The notes under the pieces were generated by a model. That model did not search any database. It was not told the origin of the DNA and was given only the letters and a program-made list of their open reading frames with translations. Shown here in pieces: positions 47,181-56,415 of a stretch of DNA of 64,000 nucleotides (position 1 is the first letter of the stretch; each line of letters opens with the position of its first letter). This DNA comes from Patescibacteria group bacterium. GTDB lineage: Bacteria > Patescibacteriota > Dojkabacteria > J137. Where the stretch lies: contig CAUJCN010000002.1 of NCBI GenBank assembly GCA_963169855.1, positions 369,154-433,153 of the forward strand, written 5' to 3'. The translations under genes were made by a program, and so were the position numbers.

Positions 47181-47636
47181 TTATTTGCTACTAGTTTTAG
47201 ACTTTGTAGCTGTTTTTTTAACGGTCTTAGAGACCTCTTTCTTTCCTTCTTCCTTAGACTTTTCCTCTTCTTTATCTTCAGTTTTTGATTTTTTTGAAAC
47301 TATTTCATCACTAACCACAACAGTTAGGTTTGTTACCCCTCTATTCCAGATCGAATATCCTGCTCCTCTTGCCTTTGGATGTCCGTGGCTAATTCTTATT
47401 GCTCCTTTATCAACTCTTAATTCTTTAATGTATAAATCATTAACAGACGCACCTTTGTTAGTTGCATTAGCTGCTGCCGATTTCAATGCCTTATAAACAT
47501 GTACCGCTGTGCCTTTGTTCATGAACTTTAAAACATTCAATGCTTCGTATACTTTCATTCCCTTAACAACTTCTGCAGGGATTCGCATCTTCTTCATTGA
47601 TTTTCCTATATTGTTTATTATTGCTTTGCTCTCCAT
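47181..47636 (-). CDS. rplV: Ribosomal protein L22 with a roughly 40-aa Lys/Glu-rich C-terminal tail
   Basis: L22 core (AVHVYKALKSAAANA...ISHGHPKARG). Confidence 0.85.
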   Translation of the reverse strand: MESKAIINNIGKSMKKMRIPAEVVKGMKVYEALNVLKFMNKGTAVHVYKALKSAAANATNKGASVNDLYIKELRVDKGAIRISHGHPKARGAGYSIWNRGVTNLTVVVSDEIVSKKSKTEDKEEEKSKEEGKKEVSKTVKKTATKSKTSSK

Positions 47637-47649
47637 ATTATTTATTTAA

Positions 47650-47943
47650 TTATTTTGCACCAGGTGCTGCTGCTGCGATCTTACCTTTTTTACTATGTCC
47701 ACTAAACTTTCTTGTGAATGAAAATTCTCCAAGTTTGTGTCCTACCATAGATTCTGTAACGAATACTTTATTAAAGTATTTTCCATTATGAACATCAAAA
47801 GTTAATCCAACCATTTCTGGAGAAATAGTAGATGCTCTTGACCATGTCTTAATAGACTTGTTTCCTCCTGCAATCTTTGCTGCTTTCACTTTTTTCATTA
47901 AAGATTCTTCAATAAAAGGACCTTTCTTTAAACTTCTAGACAT
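47650..47943 (-). CDS. rpsS: Ribosomal protein S19
   Basis: [11 protein letters not shown]-terminus and GHKLGEF. Confidence 0.9.
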   Translation of the reverse strand: MSRSLKKGPFIEESLMKKVKAAKIAGGNKSIKTWSRASTISPEMVGLTFDVHNGKYFNKVFVTESMVGHKLGEFSFTRKFSGHSKKGKIAAAAPGAK

Positions 47944-47948
47944 ATTTC

Positions 47949-48812
47949 TTAAATAATAGTTTTAGTTTTTTTAAATTTATTTGTTTCAGGTCTTCTCCTG
48001 ATGATGAACTTAGTTGTTGGGTTCTTCATTCTTCTTGTTCTCTTTCCGATCATGTTACCCCATGGGTCTGACTTAGGTCCTCCTGTTCCGTGTCTACCTC
48101 CCTTTCCTTGTCCTCCAGCGTGAGGGTGTTTTGTAGACATAGCTACTCCTCTAACTGTTGGTCTAACTCCCTTCAATCTGTTTCTTCCAGCTTTTCCTAA
48201 TTTTACATTCTTCTGATCTTGATTACTTACAAATCCGATAGATGCAAAACATTCTTCTTTTACCAATCTTAATTCTCCACTTGGCATTTTCAACTGAGTA
48301 TATCCTTGGTCTCCTCCCATCACTTGAATTCTTGTTCCAGCTGATCTAGCAATTTTTGCCCCACCGTTTGGATACAGTTCAACAGAGTGAACAAAAGTTC
48401 CCTGAGGAATATTCTTTAGTTTTAATGAGTTTCCTAATGAAACTGGTGCATTTTCTGAGTTAATTACTTTGTCTCCAATCTTTAATCCATCTGGTGCTAG
48501 AATATACTTTCTATCTCCATCAACATACTTTACCAAAGCAATGAATGCTGTTCTATTTGGATCGTATTCAACTGTTTCAATAGTTCCTTCTACGTTCTGC
48601 TTAACTCTTTTAAAATCGATAACTCTGTATGATTTCTTAACTCCTGCCCCCTGGTGTCTCATTGTAATTCGACCTAGGTTATTTCTTCCACCCTTGCTTC
48701 TCAATTCTTCAGTTAGGCCTCTAAAAGGTCTTACTTTTGACAATTCTTTTCTGTCAATTAGCACTGCATGTCTTACGCCTGCACTTGTTGGTTTAAATTT
48801 TCTTAGTGCCAT
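47949..48812 (-). CDS. rplB: Ribosomal protein L2
   Basis: GGGQKQ-like [12 protein letters not shown] motif and the N-terminal RNA-binding domain. Confidence 0.92.
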   Translation of the reverse strand: MALRKFKPTSAGVRHAVLIDRKELSKVRPFRGLTEELRSKGGRNNLGRITMRHQGAGVKKSYRVIDFKRVKQNVEGTIETVEYDPNRTAFIALVKYVDGDRKYILAPDGLKIGDKVINSENAPVSLGNSLKLKNIPQGTFVHSVELYPNGGAKIARSAGTRIQVMGGDQGYTQLKMPSGELRLVKEECFASIGFVSNQDQKNVKLGKAGRNRLKGVRPTVRGVAMSTKHPHAGGQGKGGRHGTGGPKSDPWGNMIGKRTRRMKNPTTKFIIRRRPETNKFKKTKTII

Positions 48813-48825
48813 ATCTATTAATTAA

Positions 48826-49104
48826 TTATTTCTCTAATAATTCAAATTTATCTTTTTCAGAAAGTTTGAAAAGCATGATTTTTCTATCTTTATGCTTTAC
48901 AGTATTTCCAGATACTCTATCTCTTTTGTACTTTCCCATTCTACTTGTTGATTTCACTTCAACTACCTTTACTCCGTAAATACTTTCAAATTCTCTTTTT
49001 GCATTTGTCTTAGTAGCATTTACATCTACTTCGAAAGATACATATTTATTTGTCTTGTATTCTGTAATTGATTTTTCTGTTACAACTGGTTTCTTTAGTA
49101 TCAT
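48826..49104 (-). CDS. rplW: Ribosomal protein L23
   Basis: Size, position and pattern (ILKKPVVTEKS). Confidence 0.85.
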   Translation of the reverse strand: MILKKPVVTEKSITEYKTNKYVSFEVDVNATKTNAKREFESIYGVKVVEVKSTSRMGKYKRDRVSGNTVKHKDRKIMLFKLSEKDKFELLEK

Positions 49105-49721
49105 AAACTTCTTTCCTTTAAGTTATTTAATGCTGACTCTTCTATAATCAGGTGTCCTGCGTTTAGAAGATCATAAACATTTACTTCTCCTGAAAATACA
49201 ACTTTGACATTCTGTAAGTTTGCGAATGCTTTCATAACATTCTCTTCAACTTTACTTGTTACTAAAGTTACTTTCTTAGGGGAGTTAAACGCCTCTAAAA
49301 TCTTAGTAGCATCCTTAGCAGATGGCTTTACATCGAAATTTTCTACAACAGAAACTGATCCATCTTTGAAAATCTTACTTAAAGCTGTCTTCAACGCTAC
49401 TTTCTTGAATTTCTTATTCAAATCCTTACTCCAATTAACTTCACTTGAAGGTCCGTGTGCTCTTCCTCCTCCTTTCCAAATTGGTGATCTATTTGATCCC
49501 GCTCTAGCATTACCTGTTCCTTTTTGTGCCCATGGTTTCTTTCCTCCTCCGCTTACTTCTGCTTTAGTCTTTGTATTAGCATTTCCTTGTCTCTGATTTG
49601 CCAAGTAAACAAAAACATATTGAGTTAATACTCTTGTATTTTGTTCCGCAGCAAAGATTGAATCATCTAATTCAATTTCTTTTACTTTCTTATTTTTCAA
49701 ATCTACTAAATCTGTTTTCAT
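49101..49721 (-). CDS. rplD: Ribosomal protein L4
   Basis: Position plus the GGGKKPWAQKGTGNARAGS motif. Confidence 0.85.
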   Translation of the reverse strand: MKTDLVDLKNKKVKEIELDDSIFAAEQNTRVLTQYVFVYLANQRQGNANTKTKAEVSGGGKKPWAQKGTGNARAGSNRSPIWKGGGRAHGPSSEVNWSKDLNKKFKKVALKTALSKIFKDGSVSVVENFDVKPSAKDATKILEAFNSPKKVTLVTSKVEENVMKAFANLQNVKVVFSGEVNVYDLLNAGHLIIEESALNNLKERSL

Positions 49722-49728
49722 ATTCTAA

Positions 49729-50334
49729 TTACTTTGATTTAATAACTACATAAGTACCTCTTGCTCCTGGAATAGAACCTTTGATTCCGATAATTCCATT
49801 TGCTACATCAATGTGTTCAACTTTTAATCCTAAGATTGTCTTAGCTCTTGTTCCCATGTGTCCTCCCATTTTCTTTCCTTTGAAAACTCTACCAGGAATA
49901 GCTCTTGATCCTAATGATCCTGGTGCTCTTTCTCTGTCAGATGAACCGTGTGTTCTAGGCATTCCTGCGAATCCCCATCTCTTAACAACTCCTTGAAATC
50001 CTTTACCTTTTGTTACTCCTGATACAGAAACTTTATCTCCTAATTCGAATACATCAGCGTTTAATTTCTGTCCTACTTCAAAATTTACAGCTTCAGAAAG
50101 TGTAAATGTTTCTTTGAATCTTGGAACAAAGTTAATTGCTTTGTAAATTCCTTCTTCTGCCTTAGTAGTTGCTTTTCTAGAATCTTTAGCAAGTTCATAT
50201 TGATTCTTAGCTCCTGATTTTCCTACCTTACTTACAACATTACCTGAAACATCAAATACAGTTACTACAACTGCTTCTCCGTTGTCTTTGTAAATTTGTG
50301 TCATTCCGATTTTCTTTGCTAGGATTGCTTTCAT
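49729..50334 (-). CDS. rplC: Ribosomal protein L3
   Basis: MKAILAKKIGMTQI N-terminus and FQGVVKRWGF. Confidence 0.9.
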   Translation of the reverse strand: MKAILAKKIGMTQIYKDNGEAVVVTVFDVSGNVVSKVGKSGAKNQYELAKDSRKATTKAEEGIYKAINFVPRFKETFTLSEAVNFEVGQKLNADVFELGDKVSVSGVTKGKGFQGVVKRWGFAGMPRTHGSSDRERAPGSLGSRAIPGRVFKGKKMGGHMGTRAKTILGLKVEHIDVANGIIGIKGSIPGARGTYVVIKSK

Positions 50335-50345
50335 AAAATTCTCAA

Positions 50346-50648
50346 TTAACTTTTGATCTGAACCTCTATACCTGCAGGAAGTTGCATATGAGAAAGAGCT
50401 TCAATCGTCTTTACATTAAAATCAATTACATCTAAAAGTCTTGTATGTTCAAATAACTTGAAATGCTCCTTATGTTTACCATCGATATGTGGTCCTCTGT
50501 GAATAGCCATGCTCCATTTCTTTGTAGGAAGTGGGATTGGACCTTTTACTTTAGCTCCAGCATCTATTACGGCCTTTGCAATATCCATCGTTGCTTTATC
50601 AACAACTTTGAAGTCAAATCCTTTTATTTTAACTCTTATTTTTTGCAT
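50346..50648 (-). CDS. rpsJ: Ribosomal protein S10
   Basis: IRVKIKGFD...GPIPLPTK pattern. Confidence 0.9.
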   Translation of the reverse strand: MQKIRVKIKGFDFKVVDKATMDIAKAVIDAGAKVKGPIPLPTKKWSMAIHRGPHIDGKHKEHFKLFEHTRLLDVIDFNVKTIEALSHMQLPAGIEVQIKS

Positions 50649-50703
50649 TCTTATTTATTTAAAGATCTATCTTCTATTCTGTGCCTTCGATTATAACAAA
50701 CAA

Positions 50704-50747
50704 AGGCTCAGAATAAAAGCCCCGTAATAGAATTTTCTATTACGGGG
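50704..50747 (-). terminator. Intrinsic terminator or attenuator between tuf and rpsJ: an 11-bp stem (ccccgtaatag/ctattacgggg) followed by a U-tract on the minus strand
   Basis: Perfect inverted repeat followed by GCTTTTATT in the transcribed orientation. Confidence 0.55.
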
Positions 50748-50761
50748 ACTCTTAGTTTCTA

Positions 50762-51955
50762 TTAGCTTACAATTGATGTGATTACTCCAGCTCCAACTGT
50801 TCTTCCTCCTTCTCTAATAGCGAAGGTCATCTGCTCTTCTAGAGCAACTTTAGTTCCCAATCTGATTTCTGCTGTGATGTTATCACCAGGCATAACTAAT
50901 TGAGTTCCTTCTGCAAGAATAACTTCTCCAGTTACATCTGCAGTTCCGATGTAGAATTGTGGTTTGTATCCAGATCCAAATCCTGTATGTCTTCCACCTT
51001 CGTCTTTTGACAAGATGTAAACTTCAGCTTTGAATGCAGTATGAGGTTTAATTGAACCCTTAGCTGCTAATACCTGACCTCTTTCGATATCTTCTCTCTT
51101 GATTCCTCTGATTAACAATCCAACGTTATCTCCAGCCTGTCCTTCAGTCATCTGCTTCTTGAACATTTCAACTCCAGTAATAGTTACTTCTTTTGCAGTG
51201 TCCATCAAACCGATTTGCTCTACAACGTCGTTAACTTTAACTTTTCCTCTTCCGATTCTTCCAGTTGCAACTGTTCCTCTTCCTTCGATTGAGAACACGT
51301 CTTCAACCTGCATTAGGAATGGCTTGTCAACTTCTCTTTCTGGCATTGGGATAGTTTCGTCCATAGCCGCAAGTAACGCTGCCATAGTTTCGTCTCCGTC
51401 CTTTTCTCCAGTAGTTCCGTATAAAGCAGATCCTACTACGAATGGAACTTTGTCTGCATCGTATCCATACTTCTTCATTAGGTCCTTCATTTCTTCCTTG
51501 ATCAATTCAAGTAAGTCCATGTCTGTATTGTCATCAAATCTATTGATGAAAACAACCAAGTGCTTTACTCCAACTTGATTAGCAAGTAATAAGTGCTCCT
51601 TAGTCTGAGGCATAGGTCCGTCAGCTGCTGAAACAACGATAATAGCTCCGTCCATTTGAGCTGCACCAGTAATCATGTTCTTGATGTAGTCCTTGTGTCC
51701 TGGACAGTCGATATGTGCGTAATGTCTTGTCTCTGATTCATATTCAACGTGTGAAGATGCAACAGTAACGATCTTGTTAGATCCAGCTCTAGCAATACCT
51801 CCCTTAGCGATATCAGAATAGGATTTTCCTGAGTTCTGCCATCCCTTTCTTTGAGAGTATGAAACTAAAGCAGCTGTCAAAGTTGTCTTTCCGTGGTCGA
51901 TGTGACCTAGAGTTCCGACATTTACGTGTGGCTTTGATCTTACGAAGTCTGCCAT
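50762..51955 (-). CDS. tuf: Elongation factor Tu
   Basis: G1 [11 protein letters not shown]3 DCPGH, G4 NKFD (NRFD here), and full-length EF-Tu domains 2 and 3. Confidence 0.95.
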   Translation of the reverse strand: MADFVRSKPHVNVGTLGHIDHGKTTLTAALVSYSQRKGWQNSGKSYSDIAKGGIARAGSNKIVTVASSHVEYESETRHYAHIDCPGHKDYIKNMITGAAQMDGAIIVVSAADGPMPQTKEHLLLANQVGVKHLVVFINRFDDNTDMDLLELIKEEMKDLMKKYGYDADKVPFVVGSALYGTTGEKDGDETMAALLAAMDETIPMPEREVDKPFLMQVEDVFSIEGRGTVATGRIGRGKVKVNDVVEQIGLMDTAKEVTITGVEMFKKQMTEGQAGDNVGLLIRGIKREDIERGQVLAAKGSIKPHTAFKAEVYILSKDEGGRHTGFGSGYKPQFYIGTADVTGEVILAEGTQLVMPGDNITAEIRLGTKVALEEQMTFAIREGGRTVGAGVITSIVS

Positions 51956-52261
51956 AGTGTAAATATTAATATATAAAATAATTTGTGTTTATCCAGTGCT
52001 TTTTAACGGCACAAAAACCCGCCACTTAAATGCTTGGATTTATTTGTTTACCAAGAATTCCAAATAAGATGAGCGAGTAAACTAATGTAGGATTATAATC
52101 TATAAATAATGATAATTCAACCAACTAGAGTACTTAAATTAATTAAATTTCTTCAATCTCTAGTTTAGTGTAATCGCAGTACTTTTGAATTTATCTTTTG
52201 CCGTTTGAATAATCAATTTTATTTTATACTAGCGAGAAAATTAATAGTAAGATTGAGAGAA

Positions 52262-53290
52262 TTATTCTCCACTCAAGAATTTATTTAAAACCATACCACT
52301 ACTATGATATTCTGTAGCTAAATCCGCTCCGATGTATCTATAGTGCCACGGTTCGTAAGAATAGCCTGTTTCAGATTCTTTTCCTTGAGGATATGAAAGT
52401 ACGTATCCATATTTATAGGAGTTTTCTGCAAGCCACTGTCCTGCTACAGTATCTGCAAAAGTTGTTGTGAAATCAAAACCAGAATCTTGGCTCATAAAGT
52501 CGATCACAGTTCCTAGTTGGTGTTCTGAATAACCCGGTCGAGCAGAAATTTTATCGGCTTCTTCAAGACCCAGTTGTCTTACCCAATTAGAATATTGAGT
52601 TAATTGATTTGTGTATGATCTATAACCCGAAGCAATCACCAAGTCTTTTCCTGTATCTTTTCTAAGTTGATTCAACATAATCACTAAATAATCCGCAGCT
52701 TCTGATCTTAGCTTGATACCAACTGCATTTGTGTATAGCAATTTATCTTTATTAAGATCAACTAAATCTGTTGGCTCGAAAGTTGTGTATAGCTTCACAC
52801 CTTTTTTTACGTTTGCTGCAATATCGTTTCCATCCACATAAATATATGGTTCAAATTCAGGGATGTCCTTTAGTCCGAGAGGGAAAGAAAATGTATCTCT
52901 TCTAATCTCTGGAACTAGCTCAACTTTATTTCCAGCATCATCTTGAAGTTCAATCTTTGGAGTGGATCTACCGAGAGCTGTATTAAAAATCTCTAAAACG
53001 TAACGTTTGTTTTCAGTCTCAGACTCTACTGGGAATAATTTGTACTTATCTTTATTTGTAATTTGAACGTTTTCGTTTGATTCAATTATAAAACTTGTCC
53101 TTGGCTGAAGAGTTACAATATCACTAATTGGCATTGAAATCGCTGGTGGCAAAGTATCCTGCTCAGCTGGTCCTGGGCCTTGATTCGATGATTGTTTGAT
53201 GACCAGAACGATTGCTCCTGTTGTTATTGCAACGAAGAACAAGAAGGCAAATCCGTATAAAAGTTTCTTTCTCATAATTTCATTATACAT
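52262..53290 (-). CDS. Membrane-anchored M15-family D-Ala-D-Ala carboxypeptidase (VanY-like)
   Basis: SGYRSYTNQ and SEHQLGTVIDF zinc-binding motifs. N-terminal TM helix. Confidence 0.75.
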   Translation of the reverse strand: MYNEIMRKKLLYGFAFLFFVAITTGAIVLVIKQSSNQGPGPAEQDTLPPAISMPISDIVTLQPRTSFIIESNENVQITNKDKYKLFPVESETENKRYVLEIFNTALGRSTPKIELQDDAGNKVELVPEIRRDTFSFPLGLKDIPEFEPYIYVDGNDIAANVKKGVKLYTTFEPTDLVDLNKDKLLYTNAVGIKLRSEAADYLVIMLNQLRKDTGKDLVIASGYRSYTNQLTQYSNWVRQLGLEEADKISARPGYSEHQLGTVIDFMSQDSGFDFTTTFADTVAGQWLAENSYKYGYVLSYPQGKESETGYSYEPWHYRYIGADLATEYHSSGMVLNKFLSGE

Positions 53291-53311
53291 TATTCAATTC
53301 GATTTTCGTCA

Positions 53312-53782
53312 ATGCGGAATGGTATACTCAATAATATGAAGGAAATCAATTTAGACTTAGAACAAACTGGAGCTGAAATTTACTTGGATGAACCATGCGA
53401 GGTAATTGCAAAATTCAACGGGACTGGGAGCAAAGTCTTGAAAACACGCATTGAATTTATTCATACTAAACCAAACGTGACTTCACGTATATCAGTAAAA
53501 GCTGTTCTAAAGGACGAATCAAGATTTGATTTTGAAGGTGTTTTGAAAATTTTGAAAGGTGCCTATAACACAGACACATATTTGAAAATTGATTGTCTGA
53601 TACTTTCTGAAAAGGCTTACGCAAGAGCTATTCCCAGCTTAGAAATTACAGAAAACGAAGTAAAAGGCGGACATGGTGCAACAATTGGATATATTGATCC
53701 TGAACAAATGTATTATCTAATGTCAAAAGGCCTCAGCAGAGAATCTGCCGAAGCCGAAATAGTTGAGGCATTTCTGCAGTAA
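53312..53782 (+). CDS. Mini SufB/SufD-family protein (156 aa), corresponding only to the C-terminal beta-helix/dimerisation region
   Basis: ...PSLEITENEVKGGHGATIGYIDPEQMYYLMSKGLSRESAEAEIVEAFL matches the conserved SufBD C-terminus (P.LEI..DDVkc.HGAT.G.lDeeqLFYL.sRGi...A..llv.gF). Confidence 0.6.
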   Translation: MRNGILNNMKEINLDLEQTGAEIYLDEPCEVIAKFNGTGSKVLKTRIEFIHTKPNVTSRISVKAVLKDESRFDFEGVLKILKGAYNTDTYLKIDCLILSEKAYARAIPSLEITENEVKGGHGATIGYIDPEQMYYLMSKGLSRESAEAEIVEAFLQ

Positions 53783-53783
53783 C

Positions 53784-54284
53784 TTAAATATTTAAATCAG
53801 CACAAGAATAGTAAACTCCAGATTCTGCTTCTGATTTATGAACATTAACTGCTAAATCTCCTCTAGCTCTTAGATCTGTTAAAGTTGTATTCAATGTTGT
53901 TGTCGAAGTTCCATTAACCACAGGATCAAGTTCGAATACAATTCCACCTGGACTTGGACATCTTCCAGTATGAATATGCGCCGGTTCTGATGTTGAGACT
54001 GGGTCAGTCAGAGTTAGTACCACTCGTACCTGATTTCCGACCTCTGTCAGAGCCACAGTTCCATTTTGACCTGAATCATTCTGCTCGACTAAACTGAACG
54101 AAGTTACGAAGTCTTCGTCATTATTATCCCTACCATCAGTATCGCCCGCTGTTGTGGTCGTGGTTGCTGGGCTTTGATTATCCGATGAGTTGTTTCCCAT
54201 CTGAATAAAAAATAGAACAACTAAAACAAGAATGATTCCTGCGACAAGAACTATCATCATACTTCTATTATTTTCTTGTTCCAT
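53784..54284 (-). CDS. Secreted hypothetical protein, possibly CHRD-like
   Basis: N-terminal TM or signal, a Thr-rich linker, and an HIHTGRCPSPGG pattern reminiscent of CHRD domains. The assignment is weak. Confidence 0.35.
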   Translation of the reverse strand: MEQENNRSMMIVLVAGIILVLVVLFFIQMGNNSSDNQSPATTTTTAGDTDGRDNNDEDFVTSFSLVEQNDSGQNGTVALTEVGNQVRVVLTLTDPVSTSEPAHIHTGRCPSPGGIVFELDPVVNGTSTTTLNTTLTDLRARGDLAVNVHKSEAESGVYYSCADLNI

Positions 54285-54412
54285 AGATTCAAATTAATAA
54301 ATACGATATTACATTATTCTATGGATATTACCTATTTGCAATGATTCTTAGTCTATCCAATTACCATACAACTAAATTGAAGAGTGACCAAAATTGCTTT
54401 ATGAAGTAAAAT

Positions 54413-54769
54413 GTGGACATGGAAAAACACAGAATATATACAATGGCTTTTGGAAGCGTCTACCCTCTTTACATTACTAAAGTTGAGAGAAAAGGTCGAA
54501 CCAAAGAAGAAGTAGATGAAATCATTACCTGGCTTACAGGATACAGTAAAAAACAAATTAATGAAGTAGTTGAAAAACAAAAGAATTTTGAAGAATTTTT
54601 TGCTGAAGCCCCCAAGATGAATGACTCTAGAAAACTTATCACAGGAATTATCTGTGGAATGCGAGTTGAAGAAATTAAAGAACCTTTAATGCAGGAAATT
54701 CGTTATATGGATAAGTTGGTTGATGAATTGGCAAAAGGCAAATCGATGGAAAAGATTTTGAGGAAATAG
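54413..54769 (+). CDS. DUF2200-family protein
   Basis: The near-full-length pattern [16 protein letters not shown]...[18 protein letters not shown]...[24 protein letters not shown] is characteristic of DUF2200. Confidence 0.6.
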   Translation: MDMEKHRIYTMAFGSVYPLYITKVERKGRTKEEVDEIITWLTGYSKKQINEVVEKQKNFEEFFAEAPKMNDSRKLITGIICGMRVEEIKEPLMQEIRYMDKLVDELAKGKSMEKILRK

Positions 54770-54776
54770 ATTTATC

Positions 54777-55322
54777 TTACCAATGAGGGAAATAATGATA
54801 GATGAGTTTATCTGATTGAATCGCATTTTCGAGAGTTTGTTCGCTGTTATCTATGTACAAGGTGTCTCCTCCCTCATCTTTAACTTCATTATTATTTTCG
54901 TCAATATAGATGAAGTTATCGATACCATTTTTCCAAATACCATAACCACATTTCTTGTAGAATTCCGTGTTTTTGTTTTCGCAAAATCCTATTGCAATCT
55001 TATCTCGACTTATAATATATTCTTTCATTCTCTCCATCAAATATTTTCCATACCCTTTCCCTCGAATTGTAGAAAAAATTGTTGCAATTCCATCAATTGA
55101 ATATTTTTGTTTATCTATAAAAATATCAATAGGAATAAGCATTCCGAACGAAACTATTTGTTCCGAATCACGAACAATAAAGAAAAGATTTCTATGAAAA
55201 TAATTGATTCCATCATGACTCCAAGGCTCCTTGTTGAATTCTTTTTCACGCCAGAAGTTCACAACTTCCAACTCTTCCGAAGTTAATTCTTTTCCAGATT
55301 TAATAGATGTTTGTAAGTCCAT
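54777..55322 (-). CDS. GNAT-family N-acetyltransferase
   Basis: RGKGYGKYLMERMKEY acetyl-CoA binding motif. Confidence 0.7.
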   Translation of the reverse strand: MDLQTSIKSGKELTSEELEVVNFWREKEFNKEPWSHDGINYFHRNLFFIVRDSEQIVSFGMLIPIDIFIDKQKYSIDGIATIFSTIRGKGYGKYLMERMKEYIISRDKIAIGFCENKNTEFYKKCGYGIWKNGIDNFIYIDENNNEVKDEGGDTLYIDNSEQTLENAIQSDKLIYHYFPHW

Positions 55323-55381
55323 TCGAACTTATTATACTGCAGATTATTTTAAATTAAGAGAGAAGTGATTTTGAAGTAAAA

Positions 55382-55398
55382 TGCTGACGTAGGGAGTT
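55382..55398 (-). other. 17-nt duplicate (16 of 17 matching) of the 3' end of the adjacent tRNA-Leu, covering the acceptor 3' strand and part of the T-arm
   Basis: tgctgacgTagggagtt here against tgctgacgGagggagtc at 55491-55507. Confidence 0.35.
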
Positions 55399-55490
55399 CC
55401 TACTTCGCTAAAGCTTCGCAGGACAGGCTTCTCCTCCTAGCTAAACTTGTGAATAATTTTTGAGTGAGAAACGTTTTTAGTAGTTTTAAA

Positions 55491-55573
55491 TGCTGACGGA
55501 GGGAGTCGAACCCTCACACCTTGCGGTACTAGTTCCTAAGACTAGCGCGTATACCAGTTCCGCCACGTCAGCA
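55491..55573 (-). tRNA. tRNA-Leu with anticodon TAG (class II, short variable arm)
   Basis: Hand-folded cloverleaf: acceptor GCTGACG/CGTCAGC, anticodon stem CTAGT/ACTAG with loop CTTAGGA, T-arm GAGGG-TTCGACT-CCCTC, and variable-arm hairpin ACC-GCAA-GGT. Confidence 0.75.
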
Positions 55574-55620
55574 ACGAGAATAAGTTTAACAAATAAACCC
55601 TGAATTTTAAATGTGTATTA

Positions 55621-55660
55621 AAGATTTTTTGAAATAAGAACCCCGCCTTTGGCGGGGGTT
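55621..55660 (-). terminator. Intrinsic terminator after the 55681-56358 gene: stem aaccccgcc/ggcggggtt followed by an A/U-rich tract
   Basis: Inverted repeat and the downstream CTTATTTCAAAAAAT on the minus strand. Confidence 0.5.
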
Positions 55661-55680
55661 CAAAATCAATTTAAGAAAAC

Positions 55681-56358
55681 TTATAGTTCAATCTTTAATG
55701 GATTTTCATCGAATAAGCTGTCTCTAACTTCAAGAGTTAATCTGCTAGGATTTCCTTCAACATAGAAAGCAATTTTTCCTCTGAAAGTTTCTCCGGCTCC
55801 GATTTCTCTGTCTAGTCTTAGAGCTTCATCGATTGGGTAGAAGAAGTCTTGGGACAATGTGTTTCCATCTTCATCTACTAATGAAAGGAACAAGATCGTA
55901 CTGAATGTTGTTGAATCAGATCCGTTATTTCTAACATCTAGTGTTATTACTGCATCGTTTCCATCTTGTTCAACAGATACTACATCAACAGAAAATCTGC
56001 CCTCTGCCTGTAGTCCACCAAAAAGATCTCCAAGTCCGCCAGTTGTAGAATTATCGTTTCCACCTGTCGTTGAGTTATTGTTTCCTCCTGTTGTCGAATC
56101 ACTTCCCCCCGTTGTAGTTAAAGTATATGGGAATTCGTTTGCAAAGTTTGTTATTGTATCTGCAGCTGTTCTAAAAAAGAAATACCAGATAGCCAAAGCT
56201 CCCAAACAGCAAATTACTAGTAATCCTACGATTGCTAGAATAATCCAAAGAGCCTTGTTTCCTCCTTTCTTTTCTACTTTTGTAGTAGTTGTTGTAGTCT
56301 CTGGCTTTGAATCTGCCTTAGTTTCAGCTACAACTTCTGTTGTTTTTGTTTCCTCCAT
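55681..56358 (-). CDS. Membrane-anchored DUF4352-like protein with an (N/D)STTGGN repeat linker
   Basis: N-terminal TM, then a Gly/Thr/Asn repeat region, then a C-terminal beta-sandwich pattern (FSVDVVSVEQDGNDAVITLDVRNNG...GKIAFYVEG) typical of DUF4352. Confidence 0.5.
   Translation of the reverse strand: MEETKTTEVVAETKADSKPETTTTTTKVEKKGGNKALWIILAIVGLLVICCLGALAIWYFFFRTAADTITNFANEFPYTLTTTGGSDSTTGGNNNSTTGGNDNSTTGGLGDLFGGLQAEGRFSVDVVSVEQDGNDAVITLDVRNNGSDSTTFSTILFLSLVDEDGNTLSQDFFYPIDEALRLDREIGAGETFRGKIAFYVEGNPSRLTLEVRDSLFDENPLKIEL
56035..56115. repeat. Imperfect tandem repeat of about 24 nt (roughly 3.5 copies) encoding the NSTTGGN(D/N) repeats inside the 55681-56358 gene
   Basis: cca-GTTGTAGAATTATCGTTTCC / acc-tGTCGTTGAGTTATTGTTTCC / tcc-tGTTGTCGAATCACTTCC. 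Confidence 0.45.
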
Positions 56359-56415
56359 AGAAGCTTATTAATAAAATATATATTATGTTAGTATTATTGT
56401 AATAATAACTTTTTT

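Noticed and set aside
45045-51578. Plus-strand ORFs inside the ribosomal protein and tuf cluster (45045-45371, 46193-46450, 46467-46718, 47143-47496, 47597-47791, 48469-48825, 49204-49596, 49781-49996, 50463-50727, 51099-51578)
   Set aside because: They are antisense to highly conserved ribosomal and EF-Tu genes, which are certainly the real coding strand.
53312-55573. An intact genomic island or prophage integrated at tRNA-Leu
   Set aside because: No integrase, phage or mobility genes are present. The duplicated tRNA fragment is only about 90 bp from the tRNA, so at most a scar or remnant remains.
54816-56371. ORFs antisense to the GNAT gene (54816-55100, 54967-55197) and to the DUF4352-like gene (55859-56371)
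   Set aside because: These are antisense shadows. The 55859-56371 frame is only kept open by the repeat region.
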